Origin: Klebsormidium nitens
Taxonomy: Eukaryota; Plantae; Klebsormidiophyceae
Length of the DNA stretch: 64,000 nt
Assembly (NCBI GenBank): GCA_000708835.1
Contig: DF237400.1
Location: 1-64,000 of the forward strand
Direction of reading: 5' to 3'
The position numbers and the translations under genes were made by a program. This document shows positions 47,601-60,589 of the stretch, one piece after another. The notes beneath the pieces are model-generated. The model searched no databases, was not told the origin of the DNA, and saw only the letters and a list, made by a program, of their open reading frames with translations. Numbering within the stretch: position 1 is the stretch's first letter; each line of letters starts with the position of its first letter.

Positions 47601-50600
47601 GAGCGGGGCCGGGGGCAGGCCCGCCACCACGGGGCCGCCCTCCTCCGCCAGAAGGTACAGCGCACCGCCATTGCCGTCGTACACAAACTCGCTCAAGTGG
47701 GGCCCGTCCACTTCCAGCTGCCGCTCCGGGGACAAGCACGCGTCGGGCGCTTCTTGGACGTACTCGGGCCCGTCGAGCCGCACGTTGCCTTGCATCCCCA
47801 CGGGGTCAGAGCGCACAGTCGGGGCGCTGCATTCCGAGGAGTGGAAGGAGGGGACGAAAAAGTCGGCGATGGCGAGCAGGAAGTCCAGGCTGACCAGCAG
47901 GCGGGGCTTCTGGGTGCGCAGCGCAAGGCTGCGACCGCTCTTGGTGGCGCGGTAGTCCAGCAGCAGCATGGTCAGCCGCGGAAGCTCGGGTGAGCCGGTT
48001 GTGGCGACACAAGGAGCCGCGGCGCCAGGCAGCGAGGCATCCGCCACGGGCACTCCGCGAGAGTCCACGTCGATGGCGGACCCGACCATGAAGCCTGCAG
48101 AGTAGCGGAACAACAAACTCAACAACCATTCAATTGGAGGCAGAGAGGGATCACACAGTGCAGAGAAGATCAGACTTTGTGTCCGGAATGGCAAGGCACT
48201 ACAGCAGTTGACGCTTCGATGTAAACGGATGCAAGACTCCACGAACTCCGTTTTCAAGCACCTGGGAAGCCCACGACCTTGCGATGATCAGAGTCAAGTG
48301 TCAACTGCGCAATCGTTCCGGGAAACGGCGCAGATGCAACAAACGCTTATAAATGTTTGGTAAAACTTACGCATTTCGGTCTTGGTGCTCGGTCTGGTGT
48401 CCATGACAGAGAACTGGGGGAGAGTCACCAGCACCTCTTGTTCGCCAGCCGAGGTTGAGCGGTACACTTGCCAGAGGTTTCGGATCTGCACATCAGCAGT
48501 GATGGGCCGTAAGCTTCCGAGCGCTTGCAACCCTTAAGCTGCCAAAGCGGACTCATCCGACGTTATCCAAGCGACCCACCCCCGGCATCTGGTCACAAAA
48601 GCTCGACCAAACAGGCAGATGGTGCTGATGCGGATGGCAGACGCAACATTTGAAGTGGGTAGCTCGAGAAGGATGGGGCGAGCTTAGACAGGATCAATTA
48701 CAAGTCCATCCAACAGAAGACGCAACGTCTCGTGCAGCGCCATGAGCTTTTGCTCGAGAGGGTCGAGCGCTCACCATGAGGCTCGCTAGTGAGGCGTCCC
48801 TCTCCAAGCCAAGGAAGAGCTCCAGCTCGGCTTGCTCCACGCGCACGACCACGCGGTTGGTGGTCCACGGCGCGCGCAGGCCCAGCTCCGCCTCGCCCAC
48901 CTCGGCGGCCTCCCCACCGGGAGCAGTGCCTGAAGCATCCACCACGGCCGCCACATCTGGGGCCGCATCCCCGCTCTGCTGCCCGGTACCCCGGAAGGTG
49001 GGTATAGCCCGCTTCGGCTCCGCTATGTTGCTCGCTGCGCACGCTGTGATGACGTGATACTCCTTGTCGGACATCACCGCACGAAGCTTTTGAATCTGTC
49101 ATGAGACATGCGAGTACTTGGTCAGACTCCAAGAGTAAGTAAAGCGGAAATGGCTCGTATCCAGCAGAGAATCTTGCAAGGCTCCTCTTTCGAAAATGAT
49201 GCGTGTTCTACCTTCTCCGAACGTCAGAAAGTTTCCCAGATATCGTAGATGCTGACAGAACCAAAGATCAACCGACATACTGGAGTGCAGCAAGTTGGAA
49301 CCCCTAAGCTGACTTTCATGGGCCGTAGAGCCTCGTTCGAAAGCACCTCCTCCGCATAGCTGCATCCATGCACGAAGCGTGCGCGCTTGGTCTTACCTGC
49401 ACGTCCGTCTCCACCTCCGGCAGCCGCTTGAACAGGTCTCGGAGGGGCCTCTTGACGGTCACAGTCACGCCTTGAACGTCCTCGAACATCGGCCGCCCGG
49501 CCTGGCCGTCGATGCCCACAATGAACTGCAAGTCTTGGCCCTGGAATAACCACAGCTTCGAAATGTCAGCCATGCGCCCATGCCGCTAGCGACTGAAAGG
49601 CAGCTTTCGAAACTAGCACAGTGAAAAGCTGGTTATTCTACTGAATGGACTCTCCTCTGACTTGTCAAAAGTGCTAACATAGTGAACACTTGGTATTTGG
49701 CTATATTCACTGGCGTGGTCACTCTGGCCGCACATAGCCATCGACATAAATCTTCATGGAACTTTAGAGACAAGGAACAATAAACCCACAGCAAACGAAG
49801 GAGGAAACGGAGCAACACGGAGCGGAACCTGACAGAACGGAAGGAACGGAACGGACTTCGGCGGAACGCAAGACGGTAGCATTCTCTCCGTTTCAACACG
49901 CTGCCCAATAGTCTGGTCAGACCATGGAGTGGCAGAAAATGACGAGGAACGCCTACCTTGATCTCCATGATATCCAGATGCACGGCGAAGGGCTCCTCCT
50001 TGACGCCGCCGCGCCATTCGAAGCGATTGGACAGTTGCAAATGACCCAGATCAAGTTGCATAAACCTGCAGGAACAGGCGTCTCTTCCAGATGGGTCCCA
50101 GCTCTTCAAAGAGAGTCCAACTAAGCATCGACTTGACTTGACCAATCTGGAATGCAATCCACATGACAACCTGACACGTACTGAAACGAAGCTCCAGATC
50201 GAAAGCACAACGTATGCCCCCGTGAAGCACTGCGACTCTGCACGAGAATGGTCAAAACTACGGACAGATACCGGTTACGACGCTATTGCTCAGCATGAGT
50301 GGAACGCTGCTACTTCAAGTTGCTCATTGCTGGTTACTCACTCGTTGCTGTCGGAGGTTTTGGGCATCTTGATGACGGGAGCGTCGGCTACGATGTCCAG
50401 TTTCAGCGCCACGCCTCCGTCCAGCTCGGACTGCTTGATCAGCCGCTCCACGCCGGCGTTCTCCACGACCTGGACCACCGTGCCCGTGTCGGGGGTGGCC
50501 AGCGCGTGGAAGTAGTCCATCAACTGCGCAAAAACAGCGGTAAGAAGATGTGAACCTGCAGCGCCTCACTCGACAGCTGCCAAACAAAACTTGACAGTGC

Positions 50601-53600
50601 CTTCAAGCAAACCATTCCACTGAATCAAACACCAAAGCTTTTGCTGATGCACATGGCGCCTTGAGAAGAATCATTGAAAGAAGCGGATCACGGCAGGAGG
50701 CGCGGAACACAAGATTGTGAAGCGGCTGGATTGCAGGGTCTAACCTCTTGGACAAAGCGGTAGAGGAAGATAAGCCGGACAGCTTGCAGATTCCCTCGGA
50801 GGCCGTACTCGTAGCCCGCGTAGTCGTCGTCGTCCTTGCTGAACGAGTCGAACTGCAGCTCGACCAGCGAGCTGCTGCTGGCGTCCCGCATGTCGCAGGC
50901 CCACGAGTACTGGTGCCCGGGGGGGAGAGTCAGGTCCGCAATCCGCAGGTTGCCCAAAGACGCGACGATGCGGATCGACGAAGGGTACACCTGGACGATC
51001 AAACGGCAAGAATCAATTCCTGGCCGTCTTACTTGTCCGTGCAAAGATGAACCGCCCACCATCGAAGGACGATTGAACTACTAGCAAACAGAACCCCCTG
51101 TAGGAGCCTTAAAACGCAGCTCATGCCCTTGACAATCTGTCTTGACTAGCTCGCATGGATCCATGCACAAATTGAGCACAAAATGATCACTCGTCGCATG
51201 CGATGCTGAGGACACGTGGCAACGTCTCTTGCTGCAATGTCTCCTGCTTGAGGATCGGTCGCCAGCTCTCACCTTGAGGTCCATGTGGATGCGCTCCTCG
51301 GCGAGCACGGCGAGCTGCTCCCCGTCCTCCAGGTTGAGGTAGATCCTGGCGGTGTCCATGTCCAGCAGCAGCTGGAAGATGATCCGCACCTTCCCGCGCC
51401 CCGCCAGGCCAAACACCACCAGGCCCACGCTGGCCGCGGCCGCCGCCTCTTGCGCCGCGGTCAAGGCCGCTTGGATGGTGCTCACGTCCAGCCCGAACTC
51501 GGTCAAGGCCACCACGGTGGGGCGGTTGCAGAAGAACTCCAGGGTGGCCACTTGGATTGCCAGCTGCGCATCAACGCCAACGTTCACCGTAAGTCCAGAT
51601 AGGAAACCAAGTTCCAGATGCGAAATTTGCAGGAGGGGGAAAACCACCATCTCATAAAGCGGATGGACAAGAAAGTCCGCTAAAGGGTGCTCCCAACGGC
51701 GAATCTCAGACGATCGCCGCTCGTAAGCCCTCGCAACCAGAAATCCGTGTCGTCCACGTTTTGCTGGGACAAAGAAAGTGAAGCGAGAGGACCGCTGCTT
51801 TGGCATCGCTCACCTGCGTGTCCAGTCGGTCGTACTCCGGGGAGTCCGGTTGCCGAATGACGATCTGCATGGTCACAAAGTCTGCCTCCACTTCCGCCGA
51901 CACCTCCCCTCCCGCCACCCGCGGCAGCAAGCCGCCCGAGTGGGCGAACGAAGGCAAGCCGTCCGTGGACGCGTCGTCAGCGGCGTCAAAGTTGAGACGG
52001 TCCGAGAACGTCGGGGACTGGAAATTGGTGCGCCGGGAAGCCACCGAATCTGGAGAACCGGCGAAATCCTCGAGTGCGTCTGCGAACCCGTCGTCATCCG
52101 AATCGGGCCCCACACTCTCCTCCAGAATGATGCGTCGCTCCGGGAGTTTGATTGGCAGCTTCTGCAGGGGGGGTATGCGAGGGGGGGAGGCGGGGCCGTC
52201 CTGCTCTCCTTCAGCTTCCAGGAGGGAGCGGGCGATGTACCGGCAGCGGGGGCCGTTGTGGCCGTACAGAACGTCCTCGATCTCTAATGAGTGCAGGCCG
52301 ACACCAATGGACAGATCGAAGATGCGCTTTACAAGCTCCACCTTGCCGCCAAGCGCACGCATCTGCAGAATGACCGCTTCTTGCCACCTGCGCAGCAAGC
52401 AAAATGCGTCAGCGTCTCTACGGAGGCCGAGGCTAGCAGTCTCCACATGCTGAACATGCAGCGTCCGTGCTAGTGAGGCCATCGGAAGAACAGAGTAAGC
52501 ACCAGTGCAAACAGGCGAGCACATATTGTGGTGTTCTGCACGATCCAGCCCGCTGCTGCGTTGAGAGGCAATTGCAGCTGAACGCTTTGCCTACCTGTCT
52601 CGGTTTATGGCGCCCGCAATGGTGGCTCGAGCGCTGAGGGACACCGTCAGCTCTTCCAGGACGCCAATGAAGAACACCGATTTGACCGCGGCCGCATCCA
52701 CCGGCTCGGCGTCTTCCTCGTCGCTGGCCGGCTCCAGGCCCTCGCCGACGATGGTGAGGGGCAGAGGGACAGAGGCGCGGTAGATGGCTTGGTTCAGGCT
52801 GCTGGTCCAGGCGGACAGGGCATCCGCCGAGTCGAAGCGGAGAACGAGGGAATGGATAGACTCAGCCACCTGCACATGGATGCAAGGAAATCAACAAGAA
52901 GTTCTCGTCATGAGTGTCTTGTTTGTCTTGGTTCTGGAGTCACGCCCGTCCTTGTCTGTGCCACGGATCCAAAACATGCAAAGAATCACGGATCGGCAAA
53001 ATCTTGCAAAGTCATACTTCTAACCTGACTCTCCAGAAGTGCGCGGAGCTCTGGCTTTCATGAAAAGCTTTGGTGTCGGTGTCCAGCCGCTGCCGTGCTC
53101 ACCTTGGAGAGGTCGGCGCCCCGGTCGCAGAGCGCGACGACATGGTCCCAGCCTCCGATGGCTGCCGGCGGCACGGGCACCAGCTGCTTCCCGTACAGGG
53201 TGCTGTACCGCATGTAGCTGCGCGCCGCCTCGCCCTCCAGCAGGTACAGGTACATCCCGGCGTGCACCGCGTAGCGCTGCTGCCACTGGGCCACGGTCTT
53301 ACCAATGCCCTGCACCACCGCAAGACACATCTGAGACCACTTGCTTTCTCTTTCGAAATACGCAGGTATTTGTGACGTTACTTGGGGCGCAGGTGGGTAT
53401 ACTTCCAAAGAGGCACGGCGGACAGCTTCACGTCCAGACCGGCAGGTGCAGACGGTCCGTGCAGTTGGACAAACAAAGTCTGAAAGTCCAAGAATGGGTG
53501 GAAGGACAGCACCGCCAGTGCCGCCGACGAATCCTCTCTCATGCGGAGAACTTCGTTTGCATCTGACTCGGTGCAGATTCGGCGTGTTGAGGAACGACTC

Positions 53601-56600
53601 TGATAGGCGACACTAGTGCGTTCTTTACCATTCTTGAACGGTCCCTTACAAGGTTCTGATTGACGAGTAAGACTTGTTAACATCGACCTGCTTGTGAAGG
53701 CGGCTCTCAAAAGGAAGAACACAGTAAATAAAATCGTAATGGCCGGCTATGCTCACCGTCCACGTCAGAACTTGCAATTTTCCAGCATGGTCGCGCTTGC
53801 TGAACGCCAGCGATGGAGCCCCCAAATATGTGGTAAGATCTGCCTGGTCCTCCAGAGGGAAGAGCGTCCGCATAACGGCCATGAGACGCTCGTAGCGGGC
53901 CGGGGAGAAGTGGAAGCCGAGGGTCGGCACCCGGGCAGCGATGCGGGTGGTCGGGTGGGAAGCGTGCGTTGTGTGGATCTGCCAACAGGAAAGAAGCGCT
54001 GTTTGTCAGGTGAACAAGCGGAGAAGATCCTCAAAGAAGAGAATACTAACAACGCTGCGGATTAACAATTGAACCCAGAATTGAGAGCAACGGAAAAGGG
54101 GTCGCTATTCAACTCTCGAGAAGCTCCTCGGCTACAAGCAAACGTCGTCCATAGATGGCGGCTGCCCCGCATTTCTTAGGCGCAGAGAGCGGAAGGCCTT
54201 TATTCAGGCAGGACGAGGCGACTGGCTGCGCCCCCTTCCGCTCACCTGATGCACCGCCGCTGCCAGGCCGCACTTGTCCAGCACGGGCAGGATCCTGGCC
54301 TGCGCGATTGCTGGCCCGCTGCTGCCGGCCTCCCCTTGCGTGGTCCCGTCCAGCCGGCTTTGCGCCCAGTCGTATGCGCCATCGACCAGCCACGCAGAGA
54401 TGTCGCTGGCGCGCACCCGGAAGCGCGAGTACAGCCCGAGCTCCTCGGGGGTCAGGTCATCGGGGCGCTCCTCGGGGTCGGTCCGTAGAGTGAAGTGGCC
54501 GAAGTCGAGCAGGAGCTGCGTGCGCGGGACTCGCTCCTCCCCGGCGGCGGCCACGGGGATGGCGACTTTCGGGGCGTCGATGTCCAGGTCAATGGCGAAG
54601 CGCAGCCGCTTCTCCAACGCAGCAGCAACGCGCTCGCGGGCGGACTTGCGCACAGCTTCGAACGTGCTCTCCAGCGCCGCGGCAGTTTCCAGGCTCATTG
54701 CCGGGCTCACCGCGTGGCCCGCCTGAACAAAAGCAACACAGCGGTCCAGGCTGGCTTTCCACAGGGTGACCTGGCAGGGAGCCACACCGGCGGACAGGCT
54801 CCAGTCGAGCGCGCGGTCCCCGGGCGGCGCATGCACGAAGCGGGCAGTCAGTGCCCCGTCGCGGCCCTCCTGGCGCACGCTCTGCACGAATGATACAGGG
54901 GGCTCAGGCGATGCAATGAGCCGATTTCTCCACCAATGTCGTCTCGCCCGTTAGAAGTCTGCACCTTGAGCTTAAACTCGCCCCTCGACAGCAAGAAGGC
55001 CAGTGCAAGAATATGCAGCCAGCGAGAAAAAAGCTTGTCTCCGCAAATCGCAGACCTATTTCGACAAATCAGCGTTCTCGAGCGCCATGAGGCAGGCCGC
55101 TACCAGAGGCTCACCTTGACGAGCGTCCCCTCTGGCGCGCTCAGCCCGTACGAGTCCAGCTTGACGTGCGCCTCCACGGTCTTGGGGAAGAGCCGCAGGC
55201 CCACTTTGAAGCCCTCGAACGCCCCCTCCAGGATCCGCTGCCCCTGCGCGTTCACCATGCGCGCAGCGTTCCGGCGCATGGTCACGTCCACGGCGGTGGC
55301 CAGCATGTTGGGCGCCTCGCCGCCCGTGAGGTCCTCCAGCCGCTCCTCCCCCGGCTGAAACTCGAGCAGCTCATTGATCTTGGCCCACTCGGCCGCGGTG
55401 AGCCCCTTGGGCGTGCCCGCCTCGCCGCCGTCGTCGCCCGCCTCCTGCTGCTGCGCGCCAGAGCCCCAGCCGAAGGACCACCAGTGGCTGCCACGCAGGC
55501 GCTCGCGCTCCGCAGCCGCCTCGCGTTGCTTGGCCGTCTCCACCTGGGCGTGCGCCAGCAGGCGCCACACCATGATCACCTGCAGCGGGGCAGCCAACGC
55601 GTGCGTCAGCGTGCCAGCCCGGCCAGACTCGTTCCATGCAGCAAACGGCTAACAGCGACACCAGAAGACGGGCTCCATCAGGACAGGTGACGAGCGTGCA
55701 CGCTTGATTTCCCCAGCCGGAAAAGAACGTTCACTTGACGTCACTCTACATTCGCTCAAGTGTATAATCTCGCTTGCAGAGCCGGGTAGTAACCGCCAGC
55801 ATTCAATTGATCGACCTGAATCAATCGACAGGATGCACATGGCCGCCTCACCTCAGGTTCAAGCTGGCTATCAAAATCCCTGATCTCCTGATTCTGCACT
55901 TTGGACCCCACTGCGGCTCCAGACTGCAGGCTGCTGCTGTACAGGCCGATGTATCGCCGCCGCTTCTCGCACAAAGTCTGAACACCCTGCCACGACATAT
56001 GCCGCCTGCGAAAGCACAGCGGCCAGTCACGAGAAGCTGGGTTTGCGGCCCAAAAAAGGCAACAGAAAACCGAAGCCACACTAAGAAGGCAAGGAGCAAC
56101 CTAGTGAAGCGACGCCGACGATCCTGCCGGATGGCTAGGACATACGAGCGAACGCAAAATGCTGCAATTCAGATCGGATGGAACTTCGTGACAAACCTGT
56201 ACAGATTCCGGTCCTGCAACACCGCCTTGTATGCGAATTGCCACCAGGCCTGCCGATCCGCGTGGACCGGGACACGGGGCCGCAACGCTGCGTACTGGCT
56301 CCGAGCCCGGTACTCCGAGACGCGCTCCATCATCTTGACGACATCACAGTATTGCGCCTGCAATAAGGAGACAGACGATCGGAAACCAGAGATAGCGCAG
56401 AGTGGCGAATTTTCGAGCATCCTAAGAGTCGCAGAAAGGGACTGGAGCTCCGTTTGTTCTCGCAAGGGGCAGTGTCGGCCACCTGGCGCAGGCGTCCTCA
56501 ACCCCTCATCTCCAGTTGCGGTGGCTCACCTCCGACACGGTGAGCGCGACCTCGTCCAGCACGACGGCGACCCTCTGGAACGGCTCGTGGGGCAGGCGCG

Positions 56601-59600
56601 CGTCCCGCTTGCCGCGCCGCAGGTACTGCAGCTTGCCCCCGATGGGCTGCAGCAGGTACTGCCGCCCCGCGGCCCAGTCCACCTGCGGGAGGGCCTCCGC
56701 CAGGCCGGGGCGGGGGCGGCTCTCCACGCTGCCGCCAGAGATGCCAGGCTCGAAAATCTGGTCACGGGGCGTCAAAACGGTCAGACTTTCATGTAGGCTA
56801 GACGAAAGTCCTGTTGCTGGCAGATCTAAGATGATGCCCGAGGAGTTCTCTAGTATTGCGCCGTTCAGAGAAGTTTGCAGCGTACCCGCTATCTTACTCA
56901 ACAGACTAGAAAGACGAGCATGTAAAAGACAAGCAGACAAGCAAGGACACGTTCATCTTCGCTTGCCTCACGCTTTTCAGGTAGTAGTAGGGGAAACCTT
57001 CAAAATTTGCAAAATTCGTGGGTGAAAGTTTCTGCTTCAAATGGAACGCAAGATTGTTTGATCGTCTTCCTTCCGATCCAAGTCTGCTTTTAGGAGGGAG
57101 TCGGGTGAGCTCTGAGTAGAGATATACTTGCAGATGTACCAAGCATGCCCCCTTGCGGTAGCAGAACATCAGCTTTGAAGCACACCAATGTAGAAAGGGA
57201 AGCGGACATCACATTCAAGAGGTTCCACAAGTGAGGCGTGCCTTGAGCGGCCTAACCCAAGGGCTCCCACATCTCATCACCACAACCTCCTCGTACTGCA
57301 AGTTCTGAACAACCACGTACTCAGCTTATTTAAGTGATTGACTCTAAGAAGACATCGCCTTTTCTGTCAGGCAGACGATCGTCCACTCACTTCGCTCCAC
57401 TCTCCAGGTGACATGTCTTCCCACTTGCGGGACACTTTCCATGGTGTGCTGTTTGGGTTGTGGTAGACAGCAAGCCGCTCCAACTCAACAGCCTGGAGGA
57501 AGCGTGACACGCAACCTGTGAGTTCATATGCACGAGAATACTTGCACACCTATCTTACAGACCGATAGGTGCTCTAGCCGACTCTCCTGCAACGAACGAA
57601 AGCAGGCTATTGACCGGACTCGAACTACGACAAATCTCCGCATGGCTTCTTGCAGCGACTCCAGGGCAGGTTCCACAGGGTTTGCATTTCCAGCTCTGCA
57701 ACTTGCCTTTCTGAGCCGGTCAAGTGCGCCACTGGCAACGAAAGTCTCCACCCCGTTGTCGTCGGTGGTGACAGCGGCAAGCTTGGCCAGAGTAATCCCC
57801 GCACAGAAAGGGTGTCCAACGTTACTGGTGCAGTCGGAAGGAACGGATCAGCATCATGACAAGATGCAGAAAGTCTACCTTGAGAAGCGCAGTAAAGATC
57901 CGCACCAAGTTGAGAACAAAGAACATATGATTCTGACAAGGAGGACTCGATTCCAATAGTCCAGAAGAACTCTTGATCATTTTCAGGGGACTCTGCAAAG
58001 TGATGTGTGCACTCACCTTGTGGTGTCTTCATATCGGATGTGAACGTTGGTGATGGACAACTTCAAGTTGCCAACAACTGTGGCTAAAAGAGAACCGATC
58101 CAGGAGCCTCCCTGAGACAAAACACGTTGGTTGGGTTTCAGGTTTGCAATGGCACAGCCAAATCCGCGTGAGCTAACGCAGTGACTCAGTGCATCACTTG
58201 GGCTAGTTTCTCTGCATGGGGACACACCTCATGACCTTGATCAAGCCGCATCGTTGGGCACATGCAGGGGCCATACCTCGGGTGCCGCAGGTGCAGCTTT
58301 CTTGTCCCTTGCTTCGAGCATGGCCAACTCGGCCTCCTGCAAGAAGGCAAGGCAATCAATTTACAGGACCCTCAGGAAAGTCGTGAATGACCGAAGCACC
58401 TCAGTAGATAATCCATCTGATGGCTCTACAATTGCAGAAGGACAAGCCAGCGTCGATAAAGCATGTCTGCCCTCTACCCGGAAGAAATATATGTATCCCA
58501 ACTCCTACAGCGAGTGATCCAGGACCCCTCGCTTCTGAAGTTGGCTGGAGTTACAGACCTCGATTCGGCGGCGCTTTGCTTCTCGCTTCTTCTCCTCGTC
58601 ATCGTCTCCGCCAGTATAGGCCTCCACCAGGGGCTCAGCCAGAATGAAGATTCTGTCCAAGAGGACGACGACCGGTTCCTTGCCAAGGCGGTTCCATGGG
58701 ACCTGCAAAACGCACCTCGTCAAGACCTTCAATCAGGTTCTGAGGGGCACAACTTGACGTTGCAACAAAGGCGGCCATCCATCTCAACAGGATGCTTCAA
58801 GAGAGAGCCTCTCCTCTGAAAATTCTATGCCTGCCCACGCCTGCTCACCTTAAGTCGAATGGACCCAAGGAAGCCAGCCTTGACAATGATGGGGAGCTTG
58901 AGGGCGTTGAGAGCTTCAGCCTTAAGCTGGAGATCTTTGAGCACCACATCTCCTGCAAGACCGCGCACGGCTTTGATTTGACCTGAGGACTATCTTAGGA
59001 CCTCAACTTCACAGGGATCAGATAGCAGCCTCCACAGGTCTACACCCCAGATCTAGAAGCACAACTCACTGTTGCCGATAAACCAATTGGGATACTCCAT
59101 ACTATGGGTTTCGAAGGTTGCATGCAATGACTTATTTCTGAGCTGATTGATGAGTGGCGCGACTAGAGCATAGCTGCATTATCTATCTTTCTGTGCTTGC
59201 AACCCCCAACTCTGAAGGACGCCGGCGGTGGTACATCGAGTTCAAACAGACAAAATCGAGGTCAGAGGTGAACTTGGAATCATGGGGCAGACGGACCTGA
59301 TCAAATAATGTCGGATTCCATAACGTTTCCATCATATGGATATGGATAGTCTTGGGCCGTTTCGCTCTGGACTTTTCAAGATCACGGGCAATTCTGAAGT
59401 ATAGCCCCATCTACAAAGCGCTGGTCTCCCATCCTTCTGAAACTAGCTGGTCTTCCATTTGCCCCTCACCTTGCCACACGCTAATTTTCAGTGCCTCCAA
59501 GGAGAGACCCCGGACGTACTCACCAAGGTACCGCTGCAGCATGTGCAGCACCTACAAAACGAATCTAAACCCTTCAAAACATTATATCAAAGAGAAACCC

Positions 59601-59730
59601 AAGGAGGCAATGCACATCAAGCACAAGCCCACAAGCTAGTGAAGTTGTTACAGACGCACTGTATCGCACAACAAGACAACCTTCACTAAATTCCCAGTGC
59701 TGGTGAAAATCTCACATGGGCCTCGAACAT
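31125..59730 (-). CDS. VPS13: VPS13M-type bridge-like lipid transfer protein (dozens of exons, 28.6 kb)
   Basis: Start MFEAH|VLHMLQRYLGEYVRGLSLEALKISVWQG|DVVLKDLQLKAEALNALKLP...|VPWNRLGKEPVVVLLDR (Chorein-N). Internal PH, Vps62-like, C2, DysF and SHR-BD regions. C-terminal LLGQPFHLLTGLDILGN, GLFRGVTGILTKP, RLPRAIGGD, PH-GRAM and a terminal Vps62-like domain; stop at 31125. Junctions checked were GT-AG except one GC-AG. Confidence 0.95.
34015..34059. repeat. 18-bp direct repeat CCCAAAAGGGAATCCGAA x2 in a VPS13 intron
   Basis: Copies at 34015-34032 and 34042-34059. Confidence 0.9.
41345..42920 (-). other. VPS13: VPS13 internal C2 domain followed by a DysF (dysferlin/Pex24-type) domain
   Basis: C2: VRWDEVFLFEI...LELTVLNQAANGGRGEPVGAASIPV. 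DysF: EEQFENQRYQPIRGWG...|LPPGWEWSSDWHVD...DGWAY...RRRRWIRTR. Boundaries approximate. Confidence 0.75.
44524..47000 (-). other. VPS13: VPS13 two internal Vps62-like (beta-tripod) repeats
   Basis: FDRIW...FWRPRVPPGYAVVGDC...VWLPVAPQGYVAVGC...SIWRIENAFGTF, then FERMWW...SIWRPIVPTGYAMLGD...VWLPVAPPGYVALGC...SFWRVENQAGTF. Boundaries approximate. Confidence 0.8.
49805..49876. repeat. Degenerate (AACGG/ACGGA)n pentamer microsatellite in a VPS13 intron
   Basis: aaacggagcaacacggagcggaacc...gaacggaaggaacggaacggacttcggcggaacgcaagacgg. Confidence 0.7.
52605..53300 (-). other. VPS13: VPS13 internal PH domain exons
   Basis: WQQRYAVHAGMYLYLLEG...KQLVPVP...|...LVLRFDSADALSAWTSSLNQA; ends in the typical PH Trp-containing helix. 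Boundaries approximate. Confidence 0.75.
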
Positions 59731-60589
59731 CGTGTAAAAGATTTCAGCCCTCTTGTGATGTCCGCCCAGGGTCAAACATTGGGAAGCTGGGAAGACAACT
59801 ACCACTCAGCCCGTTCAGCATTCTCCCCTTTCTGATCAACTTCTAATGCCCGTAGCTTGCACTAATCAGTCATGTAGCAGCCGGTGCCGCAACCCGCTGC
59901 TCAGACACCAGTTAGAGCTCTCCACCAACTTGTTTGTGCCTCATAAAGCTTGAAAGTTGCATGCACTTGATGAAAGTTGGGATTTCTCGTCTTCTGTGAT
60001 CACTATGAAGTTGTGCGCTGTGCTGCTGCATTTTGCACTGCATGCTGCTGCTAAGCCTTGGTACTGAATGCTGGCCGTCCCTGTCCGGCGGATTCCGGTC
60101 CCACCAACTTCAACTTTAAGTTCCCAGACTGGCCAGCGAACTCGGAATCTGGACCACGGTGAGGGCCTTTGATCGACGGTAGAGAAGCTGCACGCTTTCC
60201 AGGAAGGATGCCACGCTGGCGTGAACCAATACCCTGGCCTCCTTTCCGGCCACGTTGGCAAAAAGCAGCGTGTGAAAAGGCAAATGAAAGCCATGCCAAA
60301 AATCCAGCCCAGGATAAACATGCCTCGTGGTTCAAACTTCAGTCTTCAGTGACTGTGTCGTGCACCCATTCTTGCCAGTTCAGCCCTCTGCCTCTGGCTT
60401 TGCTGCACGGAGAACGAGCTAGGAGATTGGTTGATGGACGTGGTGTGGACGGTGGTGGAATGGCGTAGAGAGTTGCATTGTTATTATGAAGCACGAGGCC
60501 AGAGCTATGAAGCTTATCCCGTTGTAGACAAGGCGTGGGTTATTGCAGAGGGTCTTACCGACGAGGTCTTGTAACCATTTCCGTCAGCG

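Noticed and set aside
59941-60321. 126-aa - strand ORF with a hydrophobic start between VPS13 and TIC100
   Set aside because: No recognisable family; it probably lies in a VPS13 5'-UTR intron (acceptor near 59790).
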